Positions 10,181 to 19,199 of a stretch of DNA of 64,000 nucleotides are shown here, piece by piece (position 1 is the first letter of the stretch; each line of letters begins with the position of its first letter). Source of the stretch: Giardia intestinalis (lineage: Eukaryota); the NCBI GenBank assembly GCA_000002435.2, contig CM018789.1; one strand, given 5' to 3'. Made by a program: the position numbers and the translations under genes. A model generated the notes under the pieces. That model saw nothing but the letters and a program-made list of their open reading frames with translations. It was not told where the DNA came from and did not search any database.

Positions 10181-12504
10181 GCGTCTGTCGTTTGCTTGCT
10201 AACAACACTTAGTTTTGCGATTAACCTTTTTGTCACAGCAGTGAGGTTTGCCTTATCATTTTTAAGAGCTTCTATCTCCGATCGCAGTGCAGCTATCTCT
10301 GCAGAAGAGCCAGAGTCCTCTCTTTTCCCGCTACTACTGTGTAAACCTCCTAGCTCGGCTCTCAGTTTGTCATTTTCTTCTTTGTATGCTAGAAGCTTAT
10401 CATTCGTTACTCGTTTCATTGTCTCATATCTCTCTGTAGCTTGTTCAAACATTGTCTTAAATTGCTGCTGCTTGCTTTCGTACTTGTCGAGGCGGTCCAT
10501 CATGGTTCTGTCGCGCTCTTTCAGGGCTTGATATTTTTCTGTCAGTCTGTCGAAGCCACTCTTCAAGGAGTCAAGCTCTCCTTGCAGTGCTAGGTTTTGG
10601 AGATAGAGCTGTGTAGAGGCGCCTGTGGAAACAGACTCTGTCTGCATGTTCAGCAGTGTGTCATTGTAGTTGTTGATCTTCTCCACATATTCCCGAATCT
10701 GTAGTTTGGCGCTATTGAGTTGGGCTTCCAAGTCTTTGTTTGTTTGACGAAGAGCGTTAAGTTCTTCCATGCTAGAATAATTGCTTTGCAAACCCAGTGG
10801 CCTCTGCAGAGACTCACCACGCTCTACCGTGTCCTTCCTATCTATGGAGTAGCCTGTGTAACCAGCGGAGTTGGGGACAGTGCCACCATGGCCTGAAAGA
10901 CCTGCATAGCTCGATATCCCCATGCCTGGAGAGGCCATAGATACCGACTGGGATGGACCTATGGGAGGGACGCCCATCACACCCGTGACGCGCCTGCTTG
11001 CATTAGTCTTGCCCAAGTTGTTGACATAGGAGAGTATATCGTCCATATTCATGGTTTCATTTGCATCTGAGGCATACACGCTCTGTGAAGACACCAGGTT
11101 TCGGGCTTGTTCCAGAAGATTCATAGTTGTATCTGCATCTTGCGGTGCTTGGCTTTCATTGAAGAACGTTGGTCCCAGACTTGCTTCACGTATAAACTGC
11201 TCAAGAGCATCTCCTGGTGTCTTCACTACAGGCTGGGACTTCTTTGCAAAGGGCGGTGTGGATGTATGAATGACTGGTGCAACCTTGTGTGTCGAATTGG
11301 CCACGTTATCAAGTGCTGCGTTCACATCAGCCACTCCAATCATATCTTCGATACTTTCCCGAGCAGATGGTGTCGCGCTCAGGCCACTCATGGCTCCGAT
11401 GATGCTTGCCCCACCAGTGGACCCAAAGGTGACGACAGGATGGGAGTTCATTTCTTCTTGAATGGATGGTCGGAAGGACTGGAGGGAGTGACCAGTCATG
11501 GAGGCACTCTGTGGCGGAAGAAACGTAGAGCCAGACCCTAATTCTGGCTGATGGTGGCGTAGGTCTGGGATGGATGTAGGGGCCTTACCAGGGGTAGAGG
11601 TGATATTGATAGAGTTCTCATCAAATTTGACTGTCTTTGATAGAGTGCCAACAAGCTTCGACGATGTTCCATAGAGAGAGGTGTTGCTATCAGCACCCCT
11701 AACGGAGAACATGCCGCAGAGAATCCTTGCATATGCCTCTACTCCCTTTGCAGAAAATGTCTTTGTGTCGTATCCGCCTGCCGAAACTGCTTGCGCGGCC
11801 ATGGACGAGAGGCCATAATGCACCGTGCTTTCGCAGGCAAGCTCCAGTATCTGCTGCTTCACCTCCAACGGAAGAGGAGACGTGTTTTCTGGTTCGTCAC
11901 AGATCGCCGAGAACTTCTCTTTGAAGAAGTTGGAGTACTGCTGGTCAAAAATGAAGAGTAGTATAGCTTCCCAGGCTGCTTGGGACAGCGGAACCTCTTG
12001 ACAGATTGTATACACACAGTCCATCGCCTGATTCGAACGATCCCGAAGGCAATATGCTAGGATCTCGTGTGCTACCGGTGCAATATGAAGGGGGGAAACT
12101 TTAGAGAATTCTATCAGAATTGAAGACAAGAACGGTGTAAAGGTCTTTCGCTTTTCGTGTAGCTGCTTCATCAGTGGCTGAATTGACCCTGGGACCAGGA
12201 TAGAAATGTACGGCCTCATGTCGTCCTTCGTTAAATGGTCGTTGATATAGATCAAGGCCTGCAGGCGGACAAACCAATGCATTCGGTTGCTGTCAAGGCT
12301 CTGAAACCTCTGTGTAAGGTGAGTAAGCTTATCCCCTGCAATAGCCTTGTCTACAAGGGGCGGAGTGGGAAGAGTCGCCGAAGGAGCTACTGAGAGGTAT
12401 GCACGAGCCTGTGACAAGAGGTCTACCTCAGCAGTTGGCTGCATGTCTACGAGGCTGACCCGGGAGTTGCGTAGAAAGGAGGTTTCGGGCGCCTTTCCAT
12501 CCAT
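10177..12504 (-). CDS. Hypothetical protein, 775 aa. Helical N-terminal domain and long C-terminal coiled coil.
   Basis: ORF with ATG at 12502-12504. The C-terminal ~230 aa have heptad-like charged periodicity (LEAQLNSAKLQIREYVEKINNYNDTLLNMQ ...). Confidence 0.6.
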   Translation of the reverse strand: MDGKAPETSFLRNSRVSLVDMQPTAEVDLLSQARAYLSVAPSATLPTPPLVDKAIAGDKLTHLTQRFQSLDSNRMHWFVRLQALIYINDHLTKDDMRPYISILVPGSIQPLMKQLHEKRKTFTPFLSSILIEFSKVSPLHIAPVAHEILAYCLRDRSNQAMDCVYTICQEVPLSQAAWEAILLFIFDQQYSNFFKEKFSAICDEPENTSPLPLEVKQQILELACESTVHYGLSSMAAQAVSAGGYDTKTFSAKGVEAYARILCGMFSVRGADSNTSLYGTSSKLVGTLSKTVKFDENSINITSTPGKAPTSIPDLRHHQPELGSGSTFLPPQSASMTGHSLQSFRPSIQEEMNSHPVVTFGSTGGASIIGAMSGLSATPSARESIEDMIGVADVNAALDNVANSTHKVAPVIHTSTPPFAKKSQPVVKTPGDALEQFIREASLGPTFFNESQAPQDADTTMNLLEQARNLVSSQSVYASDANETMNMDDILSYVNNLGKTNASRRVTGVMGVPPIGPSQSVSMASPGMGISSYAGLSGHGGTVPNSAGYTGYSIDRKDTVERGESLQRPLGLQSNYSSMEELNALRQTNKDLEAQLNSAKLQIREYVEKINNYNDTLLNMQTESVSTGASTQLYLQNLALQGELDSLKSGFDRLTEKYQALKERDRTMMDRLDKYESKQQQFKTMFEQATERYETMKRVTNDKLLAYKEENDKLRAELGGLHSSSGKREDSGSSAEIAALRSEIEALKNDKANLTAVTKRLIAKLSVVSKQTTDA

Positions 12505-12709
12505 ATCACTAGATATTTTTGAATTTTATTTTCAGGAGAGAGTACCAGGTAGTGCGGCAGCACAGACCGACACTGACACGACGATGCTGCGACCATATGA
12601 CTTTCTTCGTACTTCACGCAACTTCAATGCACTGATTAGTTTCTAAAAAGTTCCACGTATAATTTTATCAAAATATAAAATTATACTTTTACTTCCTGAA
12701 TTAAGAGAT

Positions 12710-13087
12710 ATGGATGCACTGCCGTCCATCTGTACTCTGTCCTACGGGAACACTGTGGTAAACGTGCAGCACTTGCCATTCCACGTGGGGAGCAGCCCAA
12801 ACATGGATCTCCAGATAGGGGAGGACTTTTTTTCCTCACACCAGTTTTCCCTCTCAACAGATATCACAGGAAGGCTCCATGCATGTGTCGTTGATCCCTC
12901 TGGCCTGTACGTTGACGGCGTTTATTACCCCAACAACTCTCCCCGCATTCTCTTGCAGAAGAGTTCCACCGTAGGAACCCAAAAGTTACAGCTCAACGTT
13001 GTCCAAACGGGGTCTCCCTCAGTGATCGAGCGTCCTGTTGGCTTTGTCAGCGAGAAGGTCCTTTCATATGTGGGCTTCAACCAGTGA
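12710..13087 (+). CDS. Small FHA-domain-like protein (tentative)
   Basis: FHVGSS...DLQI...SSHQFSL...GRLHACVVDPSGLYVDGV resembles the FHA consensus G(R)...D..L....SR.HA.I......D.GS.NGT.VNG. ATG at 12710. 125 aa. Confidence 0.35.
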   Translation: MDALPSICTLSYGNTVVNVQHLPFHVGSSPNMDLQIGEDFFSSHQFSLSTDITGRLHACVVDPSGLYVDGVYYPNNSPRILLQKSSTVGTQKLQLNVVQTGSPSVIERPVGFVSEKVLSYVGFNQ

Positions 13088-14024
13088 AGTTTATAGCAAT
13101 CCTATAGATCCAGATGCCCACTATCCCCAAAAGCACGAGTATTATGGTTATCCATACGCATTTTCCGATGCTGGCAACCTTCTTTCTGACGTCAGCGGTT
13201 GACTTATGCAGCTCCTTGACGTCGGTGACTGCGGTTTCCATTTTCTCGTCAACAACCTCAATTACCTCTCCAATTTGATTAAGCTTCTCTTCAATCTGAT
13301 TTGTCTGTGCTTTAGCACGATTAACAGCACCTATTAGTATCTTAAGATCTTCGTTAAACTCTTGCTCCATGCTTGCAAGTTTGTCCCGAGCCTCCTCTGC
13401 GTTAGCATGGACAGGCAGGAGCTCGTCTATCTTGCTCATCTTTGTCCCAGAGCTCCCAAACAATGGGGCAGAAGGAACCATGGGCGAACCAATGTCTGTC
13501 CGTTGGAATGCGCGTTCACGCTCTTCTTCCGTGAAGGCCCTGCAGTAGTCATCTATCAAAGCAGCCATCTCCTTGCATTCCTGGCAGTTCTTTTGGGCGA
13601 GCGCGCGAGCATCACCGGAGCTGCTGTTTAGTTCGCGCTCACATTTTCTTTCTAGCTCTCGGAACTGGTCAACATTTTCCTTAAGCCCCCGAATTTTCTC
13701 TCTTATCTCTTGCGAAAGAAAGGGTATCTTTGTGTTAGATGGGTTCCTCTTGATCATTGCATCACGCTCTTCCAGGGATTTACGTAGTTCATTGATGTGC
13801 AGTTGCGAGATAATGCGAAGGTTCTCTATTATGTCTGCCTCTTTCTGCTCAATCCCCGCATCCCGCTCCTGTAGATCCTTCACACTGCTCTGGTATGGCT
13901 CCCCGGCCGCCTCCTCGTAGATGCGTAAGAGACGTTCTCGAACAGAGTACATCAGCTTTTTTACCAGCTCTGCTTTTTCTTTCTCTTTTGCAAGTATGTT
14001 CAAATATTTATTGCACATTGCCAT
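13077..14024 (-). CDS. Tail-anchored coiled-coil protein, possibly a t-SNARE/syntaxin-like protein
   Basis: A single C-terminal TM helix (CVWITIILVLLGIVGIWIYRIA) lies immediately after a heptad segment (NQIEEKLNQIGEVIEVVDEKMETAVTDVKELHKSTADVRKK). The track start at 14090 is an ATG, but the downstream ATG at ~14024 (MAMCNKY) has the AT-rich leader and avoids overlap with the divergent gene. Confidence 0.5.
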   Translation of the reverse strand: MAMCNKYLNILAKEKEKAELVKKLMYSVRERLLRIYEEAAGEPYQSSVKDLQERDAGIEQKEADIIENLRIISQLHINELRKSLEERDAMIKRNPSNTKIPFLSQEIREKIRGLKENVDQFRELERKCERELNSSSGDARALAQKNCQECKEMAALIDDYCRAFTEEERERAFQRTDIGSPMVPSAPLFGSSGTKMSKIDELLPVHANAEEARDKLASMEQEFNEDLKILIGAVNRAKAQTNQIEEKLNQIGEVIEVVDEKMETAVTDVKELHKSTADVRKKVASIGKCVWITIILVLLGIVGIWIYRIAINFTG

Positions 14025-14045
14025 TATTCCATTTTCTAAATTGAA

Positions 14046-16370
14046 ATGCCTGAACAAGGCCTGCACCACCAGCACGGGTACTATAGACATACTGCGGTGT
14101 TGAGTAAGTTTTCGTTAGGGAAACTATGCAGGGCACATCGGTCTTCAGATGCTGTGCCCGTTTTAACCTGCAATATAGGTCTAGATGCCTTGCGTCAATC
14201 AGAGCAAGAGGGCTTTGTTCGTGCCGCAAATAACTTTTTAGGGAATCACCATTATAATCTTATTAAATACAACTCTATCATATTAGACGACGAAGGCCGA
14301 CAGGCACACTTGGAAGCAGATCTGTGGAACGGGGAGACACTTGAAAAGTTTGTGTGGGAGACTCGCAAGGCACACAACGGTCTACCAGAGGCTGATGTGT
14401 GGCTCATTATTGCACAGGTAGTGAGTGGGATCCACTTTTTGTGCAGCACACACAACTCTGATGAGGTCTTTGCAATCCTTTCCCCACAGACAATCATCAT
14501 ATGTGATAACTGCTGCCTGAAGCTATGCGTGTATGGTGAGTGGATCAAGTACTGTCACACTCTCTATAACGATAAGACAACCGGGCAATCTCTTATTTTG
14601 GATGAGCTACATAGATTGATATTATATTTGACCGGCAACCTTATTGACACATACAGTGGAGCTCTTCAGGACTTCTATGCTGGCTGCAAGCACCATAGTA
14701 CCTCACTGAGAACCAAGACGCTTGGACTCATAAGGTGCCCGGAGATACAACATGCTCTTGTCGTAGCCAGGAGCAACGCAGGGCTGGTGCTACGCCTACC
14801 ACCCAGGCCTGTGCACCCTCACGCTACGTACCCAACAGAGGAACCGGGTGACGCTAAGGGCAGCAACAGCACATCTCTGCGGAGCCCTTCAAGTTCTGAT
14901 GCAGAAGACGCTGCGTCGATTGCTGAGTTCTGTGGTAATGCAAAAGATGCTTCGATGCTGATAGACATGTATTCGTCACCCGGTTGTGATATCGGGCTTC
15001 TTACTCTTGAGGCCATGGTGTGTGTAGGTGATCTGCAAGGAGTGAGAGATGTCGCTTGGATCATGCTACAGCGTGGTCTGGTATCTGAGGTGTTTCAGCT
15101 AGCACTCTCAATGAAGAATGGAGACATAATTGCTACAATCATAGACTTTGCTGAAGAACACAAACTGCGTCTGCGACTACCTGTGCAACAAGCAGTGTTT
15201 TCTGACAGCCAAACAAACCTCATACGCGCAGCTCAAACTAAGGAGAAGGGCTTTCAGTTATCGCAGGAAGATATGTCGGATATGGGGAAGATATACGGGT
15301 CCAAAACAAGCTGCTACTGTACGGCATTGATGACTGCGGCCTTTTACGGCAATGATGAGGCAGTGGTTCAGCTGCTCGGTGAGCTGGGAATCTATGACTA
15401 CTATGGTCTGACCGCACTTCAATATGGATGCATAAATGCATCGTGGTCTCGCCTACGATACTTGATTCCAGAGATGAAAATGAGCAGGGTGACATGGCTG
15501 ATGGTTTATGCAGCACTGGGAGACGTTGATAACGTACAGAAATGCATCGAAGAACTACATGGCCAAACACACTATGGTTATACTGCACTTATGTTTGCAG
15601 CTAGCAACAATCACATTGATTGCGTGAAGTTACTCCTTCAAGAGGCAGGGTCCAAGACCCAGAGTGGGCGGACAGCACTCATTCTGGCTGCGCTACAAGG
15701 CCACGTGGCATGTGTGCAGGCCCTGTATCCTCTTGAAAAGGATCTTCTGACGAATGGTGGCGGAACCGCCTTGATGGCTGCGGCCGAGGGACAATCTCTG
15801 GAGTGTGGTAGGTGCCTTATTAAACAGGCCGGAATGCGAAGTCGGGATGGATATACGGCTATCATGTGGGCCGCCCAGACCGGCTCTGCAGGGCTTGTGA
15901 AGTTGCTCTTGGAAAACGAGGCTGGTTACCAAAACAAGAGTGGCTGGTCTGCACTGATGCTAGCAACCGTGAATAATCACTGGGAGTGCGTAGAGCTTCT
16001 TGCTCCTCGGGAAGCAGGACTACTACGGCCAGGAAAGCACACGGCTCTTATGCTAGCTGCGGAATGTGGATACCACAAGTGCGTTGAGATCCTCTTACCC
16101 TACGAGAAAAGAATGCAGAACACAGATGGATATACTGCTTTAATGTATGCAGCTGACGGGTGCCACGTAGAGTGTGTTTCGGCCCTTGCAAGGTACGAGT
16201 TTGACATAAAAGACGCTGCTAAAAGAACGGCCCTCATGCGCGTACGTAAGCGCGTAAGTGACCCCTCGTTCGCTAGAAAGGATGATGCTCAAGACTGCCT
16301 TGATATTCTCACTGAGTTACTAAAACCGAAGTCTATGCTTCCAGAGAATTTAATGCCTTTAGCAGATTAA
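14046..16370 (+). CDS. Ankyrin-repeat protein with a degenerate N-terminal NEK-like pseudokinase domain (Giardia ankyrin/NEK expansion family)
   Basis: More than 8 ankyrin repeats (GYTALMFAASNNHIDCVKLLL, GRTALILAALQGHVACVQAL, GWSALMLATVNNHWECVELL, HTALMLAAECGYHKCVEILL, GYTALMYAADGCHVECVSAL). The N-terminal ~250 aa are kinase-like but lack HRD and DFG. ATG at 14046 with an AT-rich leader. Confidence 0.75.
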   Translation: MPEQGLHHQHGYYRHTAVLSKFSLGKLCRAHRSSDAVPVLTCNIGLDALRQSEQEGFVRAANNFLGNHHYNLIKYNSIILDDEGRQAHLEADLWNGETLEKFVWETRKAHNGLPEADVWLIIAQVVSGIHFLCSTHNSDEVFAILSPQTIIICDNCCLKLCVYGEWIKYCHTLYNDKTTGQSLILDELHRLILYLTGNLIDTYSGALQDFYAGCKHHSTSLRTKTLGLIRCPEIQHALVVARSNAGLVLRLPPRPVHPHATYPTEEPGDAKGSNSTSLRSPSSSDAEDAASIAEFCGNAKDASMLIDMYSSPGCDIGLLTLEAMVCVGDLQGVRDVAWIMLQRGLVSEVFQLALSMKNGDIIATIIDFAEEHKLRLRLPVQQAVFSDSQTNLIRAAQTKEKGFQLSQEDMSDMGKIYGSKTSCYCTALMTAAFYGNDEAVVQLLGELGIYDYYGLTALQYGCINASWSRLRYLIPEMKMSRVTWLMVYAALGDVDNVQKCIEELHGQTHYGYTALMFAASNNHIDCVKLLLQEAGSKTQSGRTALILAALQGHVACVQALYPLEKDLLTNGGGTALMAAAEGQSLECGRCLIKQAGMRSRDGYTAIMWAAQTGSAGLVKLLLENEAGYQNKSGWSALMLATVNNHWECVELLAPREAGLLRPGKHTALMLAAECGYHKCVEILLPYEKRMQNTDGYTALMYAADGCHVECVSALARYEFDIKDAAKRTALMRVRKRVSDPSFARKDDAQDCLDILTELLKPKSMLPENLMPLAD

Positions 16371-18978
16371 TTAGGGGCTCAGTAGCTATGGAGGCTACCT
16401 TGTGCCTGACATACTGGCTTGTTTCTCTGGCCAGAGTCTCCTCATTCTCCATTAGAATGCTATATATCCCCGAATACTTCTGGATCAATGCTGCGTAGTC
16501 TGCTTCAGAAAGATCTGGGATTGCTCTGACTATTCTCTTCCTAATGAACTCATCAGAGACAGAAACCATATTTTCTGCATCGGTAGGCTCTAGCTCTGGT
16601 TCTCCGCGATCCATACACGTCATCTTCAACCTCATGAGCAGCGGTGCAAACGTGGTATCAGTCGACCACAACACGCGCATTGATTTGTAGGTTCTTAAGA
16701 GTTTAAACAGTCTTGCAGTGAGACCTAGAGGCTTAGAAGCAGCAATTGTGGTTGACTGATTGCTCTGTGTATCGATTTGTATCATGTCGTGAGACCTTTC
16801 TGATGGTATAGAGCACATCAGGAAGAACGTGGGGAACTGTGCATTTAGTCTCTCTAGCTGGTCCTCAAGGCGATTGTTCCGGAGAGAGGAAATGAGATCT
16901 TGCTCGCTTTTGCGTTCAACTGCGGTCATGGATGACAGGATGTAGTCCCCGAGAGTAAGTTGTCTCACAATGAGTCTTAAACCTTTGGACAGGACAAATA
17001 GCTCTACAGGGACAACGGATCTTAATTCTCTATTGTCTATGTACAGTAGGCGCTGTGGATTCTCAAGCTTGCCAGGACTTTGTTGCTTGGTTTGTATGCC
17101 CGTAAAATCTATCTCTGTGGGCGTGTTATAGTACGAAGAAACAGACATGTGCATTGAGGCCGTATGGAGAACCTTTAATGCCTCCGATTCTACATTGTTA
17201 ACAAGGATAGGGTAATTCGTTGTAAAAGACTGGGCACCTCCCTCAATTACTATGAGGGGTATCTGTATAGGTGTCTGATGAGCCTCCTGTTTGTACCTAA
17301 AGTTGAGACGCTCTAGAACTCGAACTGCTTGGATCGACGCGCCACAGCAGATAATTGACGCAATTGTGCTTATTCCTAGCTGATCCAATCGATCATACAG
17401 GGAGAACGGTGTTGACATAGCCTTTGTAGAGAAGAGGGGATTTGACACAGTTGAGATGATTACCACTTCTGCACCGCTATGGATCCTTCCAGAGATGCTC
17501 TTTGTTAACGCATCTATAACGGCTCCTTTACTTGGAGTAAAAGGAACATATGCATCATCACTTAGCTTTGTTGACTCTTTATCAATGCTTGTCTGTAGGT
17601 AAAGACGTCTGTGGATTGTATTAAGCTCTGGAGCGCTTGCTTCTTGTGAATACTTACTAGGGTCAGACCCCTGAGTAGCAGTATCCGTTGACAGTGCTGA
17701 CCCCTTAGATGGTACAGTCCTTCGTGGTGCTGGCTCTAATGCAATGAGGTCAGCTCCTGGAACTCCATCCTCACTTTGAGAAGAGAGCATCTCTACCTTC
17801 CCACTTAGTACAAGACACTCTTCCAGCTCTCGGGCACCAAAGTATGTACCCAGAAGAACAACAATTCGTGTGGGAGGACCATGAAGGTGCTTTTGCTCCG
17901 TGTACATGTGGGCCTCTATGGAGGCTGCAACATCTTCGCTTGCAGACTCAACGGCTGTGGCCATAGCAGTTATCAAGGTTGTGCCTCCTTGGGCTCCACA
18001 GACCGCCAGCAAAGAATCGTAGTAGCTGCGGATGTCTGCAGGGCGTGTTAATGGATGCTTGAATTGGTCCAGAAATAGTCCGTAACACTTTAGCACCTCT
18101 GTGCGGTGTTGTGGCAGCGCCAACTCCATGTGGTAAAGAAACCAAAGCGCCCAACTAATGTACTCATCTGCGAAAAGCAGGTCTGCATGCTTAATTAGTT
18201 TGGCCTGGGGAAGACGTGCAATTGCCTCGTACCGTGGCTGCTTTCGTGCAAGTAAAAGAGACCATCGACGTATCTCTTGCCATACACGGGGATGCGTGGG
18301 ATGCTCTAAGCCGACATCCACACAAATAACCTCCTCCATGAATAAGTTTGCCCTTCGATGAATCGTATCTAACACAGAAGAGCCTGCAGGCAGAGGAGAT
18401 GCAGGAAGGTCCTTAAGGACTATCTGCATAGACCTGTGTACGACGTTTATTGCTGTTATATGGAAAGCCTCTATCTGCTCCAGATGCACTTGGATTTCAT
18501 AAAGGTTCTGCACAAACGCAAACATTAAAGGCTGATCGGATAGATACTTTACCCAACAACGGTTCTCCCTTAAGGCTGGGGCAAGAGCTTTCAACAACGG
18601 GGCAGGTTTTCCAGCTGTAAGGACAAGGAGTCCATCAAAAGATGATAGACTGAGTTCTCCTCGCACAATCTCTGACACAAAGGTTGCAACTGGAAAGACA
18701 AAGACGTCCGCAGCAGTTGTCGCTTTGAGTTTAGAAGAAGATATGTAAAGATGACCCCTATTGGAAGCTGCAAGGAAGCGGAAGAGAGGCGCTAGGAAAT
18801 GCGATACTCCTTGAGTATATACTACGCCCACTGCACGCCGCCTGATTGTGTAGCTGCGAAGGAAGAGCTCGCAGGCCTTGCAGACCCCCAATCCTGAGCT
18901 GAGTATTATGGCCTCTGATAGGGAAAGGGGGTCATCTGCTGTGTTCGGATCTACCTTGAGGAGTTTTTCATACTGCAT
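16333..18978 (-). CDS. ERCC4: DNA repair endonuclease XPF/ERCC4 (Rad1 family)
   Basis: ERCC4 nuclease signature near the C-terminus: LLYIDNRELRSVVP...LTLGDYILSSMTAVERKSEQDLISSLRNNRLEDQLERL, compare human XPF VVDMREFRSELP...[35 protein letters not shown]. 881 aa with a long helicase-like N-terminal region, as in XPF. Confidence 0.75.
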   Translation of the reverse strand: MQYEKLLKVDPNTADDPLSLSEAIILSSGLGVCKACELFLRSYTIRRRAVGVVYTQGVSHFLAPLFRFLAASNRGHLYISSSKLKATTAADVFVFPVATFVSEIVRGELSLSSFDGLLVLTAGKPAPLLKALAPALRENRCWVKYLSDQPLMFAFVQNLYEIQVHLEQIEAFHITAINVVHRSMQIVLKDLPASPLPAGSSVLDTIHRRANLFMEEVICVDVGLEHPTHPRVWQEIRRWSLLLARKQPRYEAIARLPQAKLIKHADLLFADEYISWALWFLYHMELALPQHRTEVLKCYGLFLDQFKHPLTRPADIRSYYDSLLAVCGAQGGTTLITAMATAVESASEDVAASIEAHMYTEQKHLHGPPTRIVVLLGTYFGARELEECLVLSGKVEMLSSQSEDGVPGADLIALEPAPRRTVPSKGSALSTDTATQGSDPSKYSQEASAPELNTIHRRLYLQTSIDKESTKLSDDAYVPFTPSKGAVIDALTKSISGRIHSGAEVVIISTVSNPLFSTKAMSTPFSLYDRLDQLGISTIASIICCGASIQAVRVLERLNFRYKQEAHQTPIQIPLIVIEGGAQSFTTNYPILVNNVESEALKVLHTASMHMSVSSYYNTPTEIDFTGIQTKQQSPGKLENPQRLLYIDNRELRSVVPVELFVLSKGLRLIVRQLTLGDYILSSMTAVERKSEQDLISSLRNNRLEDQLERLNAQFPTFFLMCSIPSERSHDMIQIDTQSNQSTTIAASKPLGLTARLFKLLRTYKSMRVLWSTDTTFAPLLMRLKMTCMDRGEPELEPTDAENMVSVSDEFIRKRIVRAIPDLSEADYAALIQKYSGIYSILMENEETLARETSQYVRHKVASIATEPLINLLKALNSLEA

Positions 18979-19199
18979 TTTAAAACGCCGCAGAAGCCGG
19001 CTCTCCCCGAGAGCCTTAAGTAAAGGAAATCATATAACACTGTCTCAGCAGTCTAAAGATACTGGGTTCTCAGTAGACCGTCGTGTTGGAGTAATCATTT
19101 TTAATTTACTGGTTTTGCTCAAGACCTTTTTACTGATTTTCTAGTTCGTTTCTAGTCCGCACAAAGTATACCTACCAGGGGGGTCGAGGAATCTGGAGG

